Shown: one piece after another, positions 35,592 through 43,723 of the stretch
How positions within the stretch are numbered: the stretch's first letter is position 1
How the letters are laid out: each line of letters starts with the position of its first letter
Assembly: GCA_964479225.1 (NCBI GenBank)
Contig: CAYZLL010000003.1
Coordinates: 1 to 52,872, forward strand
DNA length: 52,872 bases
From: an uncultured Smithella sp.
GTDB lineage: Bacteria; Desulfobacterota; Syntrophia; Syntrophales; Smithellaceae
Direction of reading: 5' to 3'
Notes under the pieces: generated by a model
The model's input: only the letters and a program-made list of their open reading frames with translations
Database searches by the model: none
What the model was told of the DNA's origin: nothing
Made by a program: the position numbers and the translations under genes

Positions 35592-37121
35592 ATGATTCAA
35601 AAACCGGGATTCGATAACGAAAAATACATCAAAGAACAGTCCACCGAAATCCTCAAGAGAGTGGACCGTTTCAACAACAAACTGTATCTTGAATTCGGCG
35701 GCAAGCTTTTATATGATTACCATGCCGCGCGCGTCCTGCCCGGTTACGACCCGAATGTCAAGATGCGCCTCATCCAGGAATTAAAAGACAAAGCTGACAT
35801 CATTCTCTGTATCTACGCCGGTGATATTGAAAGAAAAAAAATACGTGCCGATTTTGGCATCACCTATGACGCGGATGCATTAAAGCTGATCGACAATCTC
35901 CGAACCTGGGGAATCAATGTTCTGGGCGTTGTCATCACCCGTTTTGAAGAACAGCCCGCCGCCATAATCTTCAAGAACAAACTGGAAAGGCGCGACATTC
36001 CCGTTTACACGCACCGGTTCACCCGGGGCTATCCAACCGATGTGGAAACCATTGTCAGCGACACAGGCTACGGCGCCAATTCTTTCATTAAAACGGACAA
36101 GCCGCTGGTCATTGTTACCGGACCCGGACCGGGCAGCGGCAAAATGGCCACCTGTCTTTCTCAGTTGTATCACGATTACAGGCGGGGCGTGAAATCCGGC
36201 TACGCCAAATTTGAAACGTTTCCCATCTGGAATATCCCGCTGAAACATCCGGTCAATGTCGCTTATGAAGCGGCCACGGCTGATATCCGGGATTTCAACA
36301 TGATTGATCCTTATCATCTGGACGCCTACGGGGAAAAATCGGTGAATTACAATCGCGATGTGGAAGTCTTTCCTGTGTTGAGAAGAATTCTGGAAAAGAT
36401 CACGGGCGCACCTTCATTTTACAAATCCCCGACGGATATGGGCGTCAACCGGGCCGGTCTCGCTATTGTTGATGATGAGATCACCCGGCAGGCAGCAAAA
36501 ATGGAAATCATCCGCCGTTACTTTCGTTATCGCTGCGAGTACGCGATGGGATTTGCCGACCGCGAAACCGTGCAGCGTGTGGAATTGTTCATGAAAGATT
36601 TTAATCTCATGCCCGAAGAGCGTTCGGTCGTCACGCCGGCCCGGGCCGCCGCCATGACGCCTCCCCGGGAAGAAAGGGATTACGAAAGAGGCAACGAAGG
36701 GATTTTCTGCGGCGCCGCCATCGAGCTGAAAGACGGGAAAATAATCACGGGCAGCAACTCTTCCCTGATGCACGCCGCGACCAGCATGGTTTTGCATGCC
36801 ATCAAGCATCTGGCAGAAATTCCCGATAAGATTAAACTGCTGCCGCCTCAGATTACAAATTCAGTTAAAAATCTAAAAACGGAAATTCTTGATGAAAAAT
36901 CGGTCAGCCTTGATCTGGAAGAAGCGCTCATTGCCATCAGCATCAGCGCGACGAATAATCCCGCCGCGCAATTGGCACTGGAAAAACTCAGAGACTTAAG
37001 AGATTGTGAAGCCCACATGACGCATATCCCCACACCCGGTGATGAAGCGGGCCTCAGAAGATTGGGAATCAATCTGACGACTGATCCGAACTTCTCGACG
37101 AACGATTTATTCATCACCTGA
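35592..37121 (+). CDS. DUF1846 / UPF0371 family protein
   Basis: GFDNEKYIKEQSTEILKRVDRFNNKLYLEFGGKLLYDYHAARVLPGYDPNVKMRL is the characteristic UPF0371 N-terminus. The protein is 509 aa. Confidence 0.85.
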   Translation: MIQKPGFDNEKYIKEQSTEILKRVDRFNNKLYLEFGGKLLYDYHAARVLPGYDPNVKMRLIQELKDKADIILCIYAGDIERKKIRADFGITYDADALKLIDNLRTWGINVLGVVITRFEEQPAAIIFKNKLERRDIPVYTHRFTRGYPTDVETIVSDTGYGANSFIKTDKPLVIVTGPGPGSGKMATCLSQLYHDYRRGVKSGYAKFETFPIWNIPLKHPVNVAYEAATADIRDFNMIDPYHLDAYGEKSVNYNRDVEVFPVLRRILEKITGAPSFYKSPTDMGVNRAGLAIVDDEITRQAAKMEIIRRYFRYRCEYAMGFADRETVQRVELFMKDFNLMPEERSVVTPARAAAMTPPREERDYERGNEGIFCGAAIELKDGKIITGSNSSLMHAATSMVLHAIKHLAEIPDKIKLLPPQITNSVKNLKTEILDEKSVSLDLEEALIAISISATNNPAAQLALEKLRDLRDCEAHMTHIPTPGDEAGLRRLGINLTTDPNFSTNDLFIT

Positions 37122-37453
37122 TGAATCGTAAGTCTTTGGGAAAACTCTACTTTTCTATTTTTTTGGAAAATATCTGCGTTTGCCGGGACATTAAAGGCAT
37201 TTCCGGCAAAACAGGTGTCCATCGCTACACAGATGGTTCTCTGTCCATTTTCCATGGCCCAAGGAAACTGGCTGATTATGATGAAAAAGGAAATCTGAAA
37301 ATAAAGAAAAAAGTAAAGGCAGCGTAAGTCCGCCGCTCGCCAAAAATCGAAGGAAAGGGGCTCCGGGCTACGCCCTCCGCCCCTTTCCTTAAGCATGGCA
37401 AAAGTGGACATATCATGTGCTACAAAATAGGACTTTTCTATTTGCTGCTAACA
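37121..37453 (+). mobile_element. Probable 3'-terminal remnant of an IS element (C-terminal fragment of an rve/DDE transposase plus subterminal repeats)
   Basis: The 68-aa ORF ends ...GKTGVHRYTDGSLSIFHGPRKLADYDEKGNL, which resembles the C-terminal beta-domain of integrase-core transposases. It is followed by a 10-bp hairpin (37352..37388) and two GGAC(A/T)T-TC-TAT-TGCT-like subrepeats (37405..37453). No catalytic domain is present. This comes from my recollection of family patterns and is not verified. Confidence 0.4.
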
Positions 37454-37650
37454 TCTTTTATGATTAATAGATCTGTGTGCCGCCCCATATTTGATTTGAC
37501 ATGAGTGCTCACGGAAGACTTGTCTCGTATATTAAAATGCTTGCAAGGAGTGACCATCAGAAAGTGATCAATCGTTGAGTATGGATACTACTGCTGAATC
37601 AGAACGGCTTGCCCTGCACCCTGACTTTTATGTTCAATCAGGGGCAACAA

Positions 37651-37670
37651 CAATCAATCAATCAATCAAT
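37651..37670. repeat. Tetranucleotide microsatellite (CAAT)5
   Basis: There are five perfect CAAT units, preceded by CAACAA. Confidence 0.95.
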
Positions 37671-37779
37671 CGAACTGCGATGCGATCGTTTAATCCGAAA
37701 TCATAGAACCCCGTGTCTCTCTTAGAGGACGGGCTTCAATGATGCTTTTACGGATGAACAAATGGCTTTTGTTTTTTAT

Positions 37780-38547
37780 CTAGACGGTGGACTTTAAGCC
37801 CGATGCCAGGGTGATGAGAACCTGATTCCTGTCTTCCATGTTCAATGCCTGCTCCATGCCGCCGGCATCCAGATTCATATTAATCGCTTCCTTGGTCAAT
37901 CTTAAGGCAAAGTGATTCTTGCTCAGCATGGTTCGGGCGATTTGCAGGCCGGTGGCATACAGGTCTTCCCGGGGAACAATCCTGCTGATCATCCCCAGGT
38001 TCATCGCTTCTTCGCTGGATATAAATTCGCCCAGGTACATAATCTCATAGGCACGACCGGCTCCGATGATGCGCGGCAGGAGATAGCTGCAGCACATATC
38101 CGCTCCCCCCAGGCCGATGTTGATATAAGCGGCGCAGAAACGGGCATCGGGAGATATGATGCGAATATCGGAAGCCAAGGCAAAACTGAATCCCACGCCG
38201 GCCGCGGCTCCGTGAACCAGACCGATGATGGGCTGGGGGGCTCTGCGCATGGCCAGATTTAAACGGCCCAGACGGGCCTGAAACTTATAGAACTCATTGG
38301 CCTGACGAAACAGATCCATATTTTCAACGGTGTATTTCATGTCCAGGCCGGCGCAAAAACCTTTTTCACCGGCGCCTTTTAAGATGATAACCAGGGTCTC
38401 GAGATCGTACAACCGCGTATGCCAGAAAGCCTGCAATTCGTCCAGCATCTCGCCGTCCACCGAGTTGTATGCTTTCGGCCGGTTGAGCGTCAGAACGCCC
38501 AATCCTTTTTCAACGATTTCCCACTGTATTGTATTATATTGTTCCAT
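37780..38547 (-). CDS. Enoyl-CoA hydratase/isomerase (crotonase) family protein
   Basis: The crotonase fold blocks ILKGAGEKGFCAGLDM and GLVHGAAAGVGFSFALASDIRI are present. The protein is 255 aa. Confidence 0.85.
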   Translation of the reverse strand: MEQYNTIQWEIVEKGLGVLTLNRPKAYNSVDGEMLDELQAFWHTRLYDLETLVIILKGAGEKGFCAGLDMKYTVENMDLFRQANEFYKFQARLGRLNLAMRRAPQPIIGLVHGAAAGVGFSFALASDIRIISPDARFCAAYINIGLGGADMCCSYLLPRIIGAGRAYEIMYLGEFISSEEAMNLGMISRIVPREDLYATGLQIARTMLSKNHFALRLTKEAINMNLDAGGMEQALNMEDRNQVLITLASGLKSTV

Positions 38548-38659
38548 GTATGCACTCCTTTTCTATATTGAATTTTCTTGAGTTAACCGGCGCTTCAAAT
38601 CACGGCTCCTCCGTCGGTCGACTTTATGTTTTATAAAATCATAACCGCTTGACGCTGTG

Positions 38660-38688
38660 AGTATAAGAGAGCGGTTGTTGCGTGTCAA
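38660..38688 (-). promoter_or_regulatory. Sigma70-type promoter (minus strand TTGACA-17-TATACT) of crotonase gene 37780..38547
   Basis: The -35 is plus tgtcaa at 38683..38688 and the -10 is plus agtata at 38660..38665. The ~40-nt cassette is ~85% identical to 39835..39875. Confidence 0.55.
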
Positions 38689-38765
38689 GGGGATTTGGGA
38701 CGCAAAAAATAGAATGAAGAATTGAAGTTCAGTATCGTTTGGTGAGAATGGTAATAGGTTTGCTT

Positions 38766-38801
38766 CAGGACAGGCGCTTACCGAAGCAAGCGCCTGTCCT
38801 G
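38766..38801 (-). terminator. 14-bp stem hairpin directly after crotonase gene 38817..39584
   Basis: The stem is CAGGACAGGCGCTT-ACCGAAGC-AAGCGCCTGTCCTG. It has no clear U-tract, so it may be a stabiliser or inefficient terminator. Confidence 0.5.
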
Positions 38802-38816
38802 ATAATAGTTTGTTCG

Positions 38817-39584
38817 TTATTCTCCCTTGAAGTTCGCTTCTCTCTTTTCGAAGAATGCGCCTATGCCTTCCTGCGCATCCTTGGAGTTGAAGAGTTTTCC
38901 GAGTTCTTCCCGCTCGATCTTCAGATGTATTTCGGCAGAAATGCTCGGGCTGATGTTACAGAGCTTGGTGACCGCCGCAACGGCCAGCGGCGCTCGCTTG
39001 ACGATCTTGTTGGCCAGTTCGAGCGCGGCGTCCAAGACGTTCCCTTCGGTTACATGATCCACCAGGCCGATGGCGAGAGCCTCATCTGCTTCACACTGCT
39101 TGCCCAGGAATATCATTTCCAGAGCTTTCGATTTGCCGACGAGCCGCGGCAGCCGCAGGCTTCCGCCGTAGCCGGGCATGATTCCCAGGTTTGTTTCGGT
39201 CAGGCCGATGCGTGCGCCTTTCTTCATGAACCGGATATGGCAGGCCATCGCCAGTTCGCATCCGCCGCCCAGGGCGTGCCCGTTAATCGCCGCGATGACC
39301 GGTTTCGGGAAATACTCGACCTTGTTCCAGACATCCTGTCCGCGTTTCAGAAAATCGACGGCGCTGAAATCACCGAATCCACTCGCCAGATCGGCGCCCG
39401 CGCTGAAGGCCTTTTCGCCCGCGCCGGTGATGATCACGCACCGGACGGCTTTGTCGGCTTCAACGGCATCGAGATGCTTGCGCATGGCTTCAAAAACCTC
39501 ACCGCTCAGTTGGTTCATCTTCGGTTTGTCGATCGCTAATATGGCTACTCCGTCTCTTATTTCTTTTGTTACTGCTTCACCCAT
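38817..39584 (-). CDS. Enoyl-CoA hydratase (crotonase family)
   Basis: The blocks VIITGAGEKAFSAGADL, AAINGHALGGGCELAMACHIR and GIGAFFEKR are present. The protein is 255 aa. Confidence 0.88.
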   Translation of the reverse strand: MGEAVTKEIRDGVAILAIDKPKMNQLSGEVFEAMRKHLDAVEADKAVRCVIITGAGEKAFSAGADLASGFGDFSAVDFLKRGQDVWNKVEYFPKPVIAAINGHALGGGCELAMACHIRFMKKGARIGLTETNLGIMPGYGGSLRLPRLVGKSKALEMIFLGKQCEADEALAIGLVDHVTEGNVLDAALELANKIVKRAPLAVAAVTKLCNISPSISAEIHLKIEREELGKLFNSKDAQEGIGAFFEKREANFKGE

Positions 39585-39834
39585 GATAGTCCTCCTTGTG
39601 TGGTATTGGTTGGCTCCGTCCGGCCGAAGAGGCGTGGGAACCGGTAATCAATTATCTTCCGATCATTTTGAACGAGCCGTTAATGATGTCGGCCCGGACT
39701 TCAGAAAATCGAAACTTTTTCTGATCACAGACTCGCCGGTCCGGAAGCAGACTCGGAGAATCCCGTCATTCATCATGTCCGATCAAAGAAAAACGATTTT
39801 CTTGATACCATTGATATTGATTACAATGACGTGG

Positions 39835-39863
39835 AGTATAAGAGACAGGTTGTTGTATGTCAA
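39835..39863 (-). promoter_or_regulatory. Sigma70-type promoter (minus strand TTGACA-17-TATACT) of crotonase gene 38817..39584, with a ~250-nt leader
   Basis: The -35 is plus tgtcaa at 39858..39863 and the -10 is plus agtata at 39835..39840. It is a paralogue of the cassette at 38660. Confidence 0.5.
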
Positions 39864-39947
39864 GGGGATTTTGGCCAACGAATGGATTTTGGCCAAAAAA
39901 TGTTTTATAATTAAGCGTAATGTTTATTGATTGCTGATCATGGCAAT

Positions 39948-39976
39948 CCTCCATTTCCAGTCAGAGGAAACGGAGG
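39948..39976. terminator. 11-bp hairpin downstream of TerC (orientation ambiguous)
   Basis: The stem is CCTCCATTTCC-agtcaga-GGAAACGGAGG. The T-rich tail (CTTTTATT) is on the plus strand, while on the minus strand the hairpin follows the TerC stop by ~70 nt without a U-tract. Confidence 0.4.
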
Positions 39977-40045
39977 CTTTTATTCTCTTATCATACCAGG
40001 TTACACAGCATAAGCTATTTGACAGGCATCCTTTTCTGCGCAATT

Positions 40046-40798
40046 TTATGGTTCCGGATTATAGACTGTTTTGTGCAATTTTACCGGTTTCATGCGTTTA
40101 TTGCGCATGCGCAGGTTGAGCATTTCCACACCTACGGAAAAAGCCATCGCAAAATAGATGTATCCTTTGGGTACATGCACGTCAAATCCTTCGGCCATCA
40201 GTGTTACGCCGACCAGAAGCAGAAAGGAAAGCGCCAGTATTTTTATGGTCGGATGAGCATCCACAAATTTGCTGATCGGTTTGGCGGCAAAAAGCATTAC
40301 ACCGACGGCACAAATAATGGCAATCGCCATAATGGAAATCTCCTGGGCCAGGCCGACAGCCGTGATAACAGAATCCAGAGAAAAGACAATGTCGAGGAGC
40401 GCTATCTGAATCAGGACGGCGACAACACTGGATGAAATAAGTTTGGGAGTTTCCTCCTGATTTCCTTCCAGGCTACCGTGAATTTCGTGCGTCGCTTTAG
40501 CCAGCAGGAACAGGCCTCCACCGATCAGAATAATATCACGTCCCGATATTTCCTGTCCCAATATGGTAAACCAGGGTGCGGTCAGTTTGATGACCCAGAA
40601 GATGGAAAACAAAAGAACCAGACGGCTTATCATGGCCAGTATCAATCCGGCACTCCGGGCAAAGTTTTGTTTATTTTGGGGCAGTTTACTAACGAGAATG
40701 GAAATAAAAATGATATTGTCGATACCCAGAACGATTTCCAGGGAAGTCAGGGTTGCCAGCGCAATCCACGCTTCAGGATTTGTTAACCATGCAAACAT
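40046..40798 (-). CDS. TerC family integral membrane protein
   Basis: SLEIVLGIDNIIFISIL and ALLDIVFSLDSVITAVG are the paired TerC DN/DS motifs. The protein is 250 aa with ~7 TM segments. Confidence 0.85.
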   Translation of the reverse strand: MFAWLTNPEAWIALATLTSLEIVLGIDNIIFISILVSKLPQNKQNFARSAGLILAMISRLVLLFSIFWVIKLTAPWFTILGQEISGRDIILIGGGLFLLAKATHEIHGSLEGNQEETPKLISSSVVAVLIQIALLDIVFSLDSVITAVGLAQEISIMAIAIICAVGVMLFAAKPISKFVDAHPTIKILALSFLLLVGVTLMAEGFDVHVPKGYIYFAMAFSVGVEMLNLRMRNKRMKPVKLHKTVYNPEP

Positions 40799-41092
40799 AA
40801 AAATTCTCCGTTTCTTTAATAAGTTGTTGCTCTTTATATCTTTTTTAAAGTTTTGTCATCAATCTTATCTTAATAATTTTTTCATTTAAGTATTTATCTT
40901 TCTTCGTGATTACGTTTAATGGGGTATCCCCGCGCGGTCTTTGATGTATCAATTTCCAGTCTTTCATTGGTTCAATAATCTTTAGTGATCAATAGAGCCG
41001 CATTTTTTTCTTTAAAAAAATAAAATGTTCATATATAGGAACATCAAAATTGAACAAATGATATAATTTAATAATGATGAGGAGGATATATA

Positions 41093-41530
41093 ATGAAGAT
41101 CAAGAATGTTCAAAGGGTGTTTTTTTTATTAATCTTTTTTCTGTTTGCGACTCAAGCATGGGCGGAAGACTGGGGGCTGTATGACGTCGCTAAAACAGGA
41201 AACAGATATTACGAAAAAAATAGCATCAAAAAAACAGGGGATAATGTTTTGAGTGTCTGGACAATAAAAGTTTACAATAAAGAAGGAAAAGCAAAAGACT
41301 TTTACCAGCTGACACAAAAAAATGCAGCACCTCAAAGTCCGGATCTGTTAAACTTTAGTTCACTACTTGTTGATGTTGACTGCAAAAATAATAAGTTCAA
41401 AATCTCTGCGATGACCATTTACGATAAAGATAAAAAGGTCCTTTTTTCGGCCCCTGAATCGTTATTCAAGTGGGACAAGATTGTTGATAATACGTCTTCA
41501 GGAAAGCTTAAAAGCAAGGTTTGCAAGTAA
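41093..41530 (+). CDS. Hypothetical secreted protein (AT-rich gene)
   Basis: GAGGAGG lies upstream. The signal peptide is MKIKNVQRVFFLLIFFLFATQAWA|ED. I assign no confident family. Confidence 0.6.
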   Translation: MKIKNVQRVFFLLIFFLFATQAWAEDWGLYDVAKTGNRYYEKNSIKKTGDNVLSVWTIKVYNKEGKAKDFYQLTQKNAAPQSPDLLNFSSLLVDVDCKNNKFKISAMTIYDKDKKVLFSAPESLFKWDKIVDNTSSGKLKSKVCK

Positions 41531-41593
41531 AGTGAAATCTGCCCGTTATTTTTGCTTTAACATGAATTTACTTTCATGCTCGAAGCGTATGGA

Positions 41594-42208
41594 TTAATAT
41601 TCAATTCCCGCGCGGTCTTTGATGCCGGCGTTATAGTGATGCTTAACTTCATGAACCTCGCTGACTGTGTCAGCGAGGTTCATGATTTCCTGGGGAGCGT
41701 AGCGGCCGGTTAAAACCAAATCAAGCCCGGAAGGTTTGTCTTTAATCATTGCCACCACGTCTTTTAATTTGATAAGTTTGAAGTCCAGCGCGACGTTGAT
41801 TTCATCCAGGATGACCATATCGTACTTGCCGCTCTTGATGGCTTTGCGTGCTGCCTCCAGCCCTTTTTGCGCCAGTTCAATATCAATGGCGGCGGGATTG
41901 TCACGCATGACAAAACTGTCCAGGCCGGACATTTTGATGGTTAAGCATGGAAGATATTTTTCCGCGGCGATAAATTCGCCGTATTTTCTGCCCTTCATAA
42001 ATTGCAGAATAAACACTTTGTAGCCCTGGCCGATAGCCCGCAGCGCCTGACCGAAGGCAGCGGTTGTTTTTCCCTTGCCGTTGCCGGTGATCACAATGAC
42101 CAGTCCCTTGTTTTTTTGCCCGGCAGTTTTCTTTGCCGTTTTGGAGGCGGGTGATTTCTTTTCGCCGACTTTACCGGCAGGTTCTTTTTTACTTTTTACA
42201 ATGGTCAT
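41594..42208 (-). CDS. cobO: Cob(I)alamin/cob(I)yrinic acid a,c-diamide adenosyltransferase (CobA/CobO/BtuR type) with a Lys-rich N-terminal extension
   Basis: The P-loop GNGKGKTTAAFGQALRAIGQG, plus ILQFMKG and ILDEIN, are present. The start overlaps the meaB stop (ATGA). Confidence 0.88.
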   Translation of the reverse strand: MTIVKSKKEPAGKVGEKKSPASKTAKKTAGQKNKGLVIVITGNGKGKTTAAFGQALRAIGQGYKVFILQFMKGRKYGEFIAAEKYLPCLTIKMSGLDSFVMRDNPAAIDIELAQKGLEAARKAIKSGKYDMVILDEINVALDFKLIKLKDVVAMIKDKPSGLDLVLTGRYAPQEIMNLADTVSEVHEVKHHYNAGIKDRAGIEY

Positions 42209-43179
42209 TTTTTTGCCTTTTTCTGAAAAAACTTTTCTGTGATTTCTTCCGCTACGGTGTAGGGATCGGATTTTCTGTCTCTGATTTTTTCGGCTATTTT
42301 TTCAAGTTCACCGTCAGTCACCAGCGAATGCATGACCGGTTCCATCAGGCAGGAGGTCAGGGCGTCTTTGATTTCCGTTATGGCTTTACGATGCATCCTC
42401 TCGGTTAGCTTCCCGCTTTGCTGCAGATACAGATAATGTTCTTCTATCTTCTTGGTCAACTCGGTCGTGTTTTCTGTAAACACTGCCGGTTCACAAGCAT
42501 TGCCCACCATCACGATCGGCGGTTTCCAGCCGTCGGCGGTTTTGGAGGACAAGTTGAGCATGGAAGAAAGTTCCGTCTGCAATTGTCGGGCGCCGGCGCG
42601 GTCGGCTTTGTTGATGACAAAAACATCGGCTATTTCCATCAAGCCGGCCTTCATGGTCTGAATTTCGTCGCCCATTCCGGGAACGAGCACAACCACGACA
42701 CTGTGCGCGTGATTGATAATATCAATTTCCTGCTGGCCGATGCCAACGGTTTCCACAATAATAATATCCTTGCCCATCGCTTCCATGACGTGAATCGCGT
42801 TGCCCGCGGCCTGCGACAACCCTCCCAGTGCACCACGGGTAGCCAATGACCGGACGAAAACCCCGTCATCTTCGGCATGACGCTGCATGCGGATCCGGTC
42901 TCCCAGAATCGCCCCGCCGGTGAAAGGGCTGGTCGGATCGACAGCCAGCACACCGACCGTTTTGTTCGATTTTCTGAATTCGGAAATCAGCGCGTCGGTG
43001 AGCGTGCTTTTACCCGCGCCGGGCGCACCGGTTATGCCAATAATGCAGGATTTGCCGGTGTGTGTGTAAAGTTTCTTGATTTTAGTTTTCGCATCGGGAC
43101 GTTTGTCTTCAATATCCCGGATAAGGCGGGAGGCGGTGCGAATATCACCGGCACAGATTTTTTTGATGGTAGCATCCAT
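42205..43179 (-). CDS. meaB: MeaB/ArgK-type G-protein chaperone of B12 acyl-CoA mutases
   Basis: The blocks GAPGAGKSTL, DPTSPFTGGAILGDRIRM, ETVGIGQ and INKADR are present. The protein is 324 aa. Confidence 0.9.
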   Translation of the reverse strand: MDATIKKICAGDIRTASRLIRDIEDKRPDAKTKIKKLYTHTGKSCIIGITGAPGAGKSTLTDALISEFRKSNKTVGVLAVDPTSPFTGGAILGDRIRMQRHAEDDGVFVRSLATRGALGGLSQAAGNAIHVMEAMGKDIIIVETVGIGQQEIDIINHAHSVVVVLVPGMGDEIQTMKAGLMEIADVFVINKADRAGARQLQTELSSMLNLSSKTADGWKPPIVMVGNACEPAVFTENTTELTKKIEEHYLYLQQSGKLTERMHRKAITEIKDALTSCLMEPVMHSLVTDGELEKIAEKIRDRKSDPYTVAEEITEKFFQKKAKK

Positions 43180-43200
43180 TTTGTCAGCCGTTGAAAACGT

Positions 43201-43602
43201 TTAGTGAGCTTTGATATTTGTTTTTATCCATTCCACAATGGAATCGAGTGAAGCCCCGGGGGTAAAGATGGCCTTGATGCCGGACTCATAAAGCAGGGAG
43301 AAGTCCTGCTCCGGAATAATGCCGCCGCCGATGACGGCAATGTCGTCCGCTCCTTTTTCACGCAGAAGTTCGACAACCCTCGGGAACAGCACGCGGTGAG
43401 CGCCGGAAAGACAACTCAGTCCGACGACATCAACATCTTCCTGAATGGCCGATGCGGCGATCTGTTCCGGTGTCTGATGACAACCTGTATAAACAACTTC
43501 AAAACCAGCATCGCGAAAGCAACGGGCAAGAATGCGGGCGCCTCGGTCATGACCGTCCAACCCCGGTTTGGCAACCATCACGCGAATTGTTCTTTCCGTC
43601 AT
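43201..43602 (-). CDS. icmB: B12-binding small subunit of a split acyl-CoA mutase
   Basis: The ATG at 43602 follows [37 protein letters not shown] contains the DxHxxG cobalamin-binding motif. The protein is 133 aa. Confidence 0.85.
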   Translation of the reverse strand: MTERTIRVMVAKPGLDGHDRGARILARCFRDAGFEVVYTGCHQTPEQIAASAIQEDVDVVGLSCLSGAHRVLFPRVVELLREKGADDIAVIGGGIIPEQDFSLLYESGIKAIFTPGASLDSIVEWIKTNIKAH

Positions 43603-43643
43603 AAAAAATCTCCTTAAATAACGGGTTTGGAATTTTATTCCAC

Positions 43644-43723
43644 AATCCCCATTCGCTTCGCTCAGGGGATAATTCCACTTACGCTTCAAACTTCGCTAAG
43701 CTCGTTTTCAGCGAGTGTCATTA
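43644..43723 (-). repeat. Diverged third member of the two-hairpin element family, in the icmA-icmB spacer
   Basis: On the minus strand it starts at the icmA stop (TAATGAC...). It aligns ungapped with copy 2, and the 3' 36 nt are 25/36 identical, including TATCCCC-[TGAGCGAAGCGAAT]-GGGGAT. The 5' half is only weakly similar. Confidence 0.35.

Noticed and set aside
38739-39930. Plus-strand ORFs of 266 aa and 250 aa overlapping the crotonase gene 38817..39584.
   Set aside because: They are Arg/Ala/Pro-rich shadow frames of a GC-rich gene, and the crotonase motifs are on the minus strand.
40799-41092. A possible yybP-ykoY (Mn2+) riboswitch upstream of the TerC gene.
   Set aside because: I read the minus-strand leader and found none of the conserved GGGGAGUAG-type cores. 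The region is simply AT-rich and carries a duplicated cobO tail. An Infernal scan would be needed for certainty.
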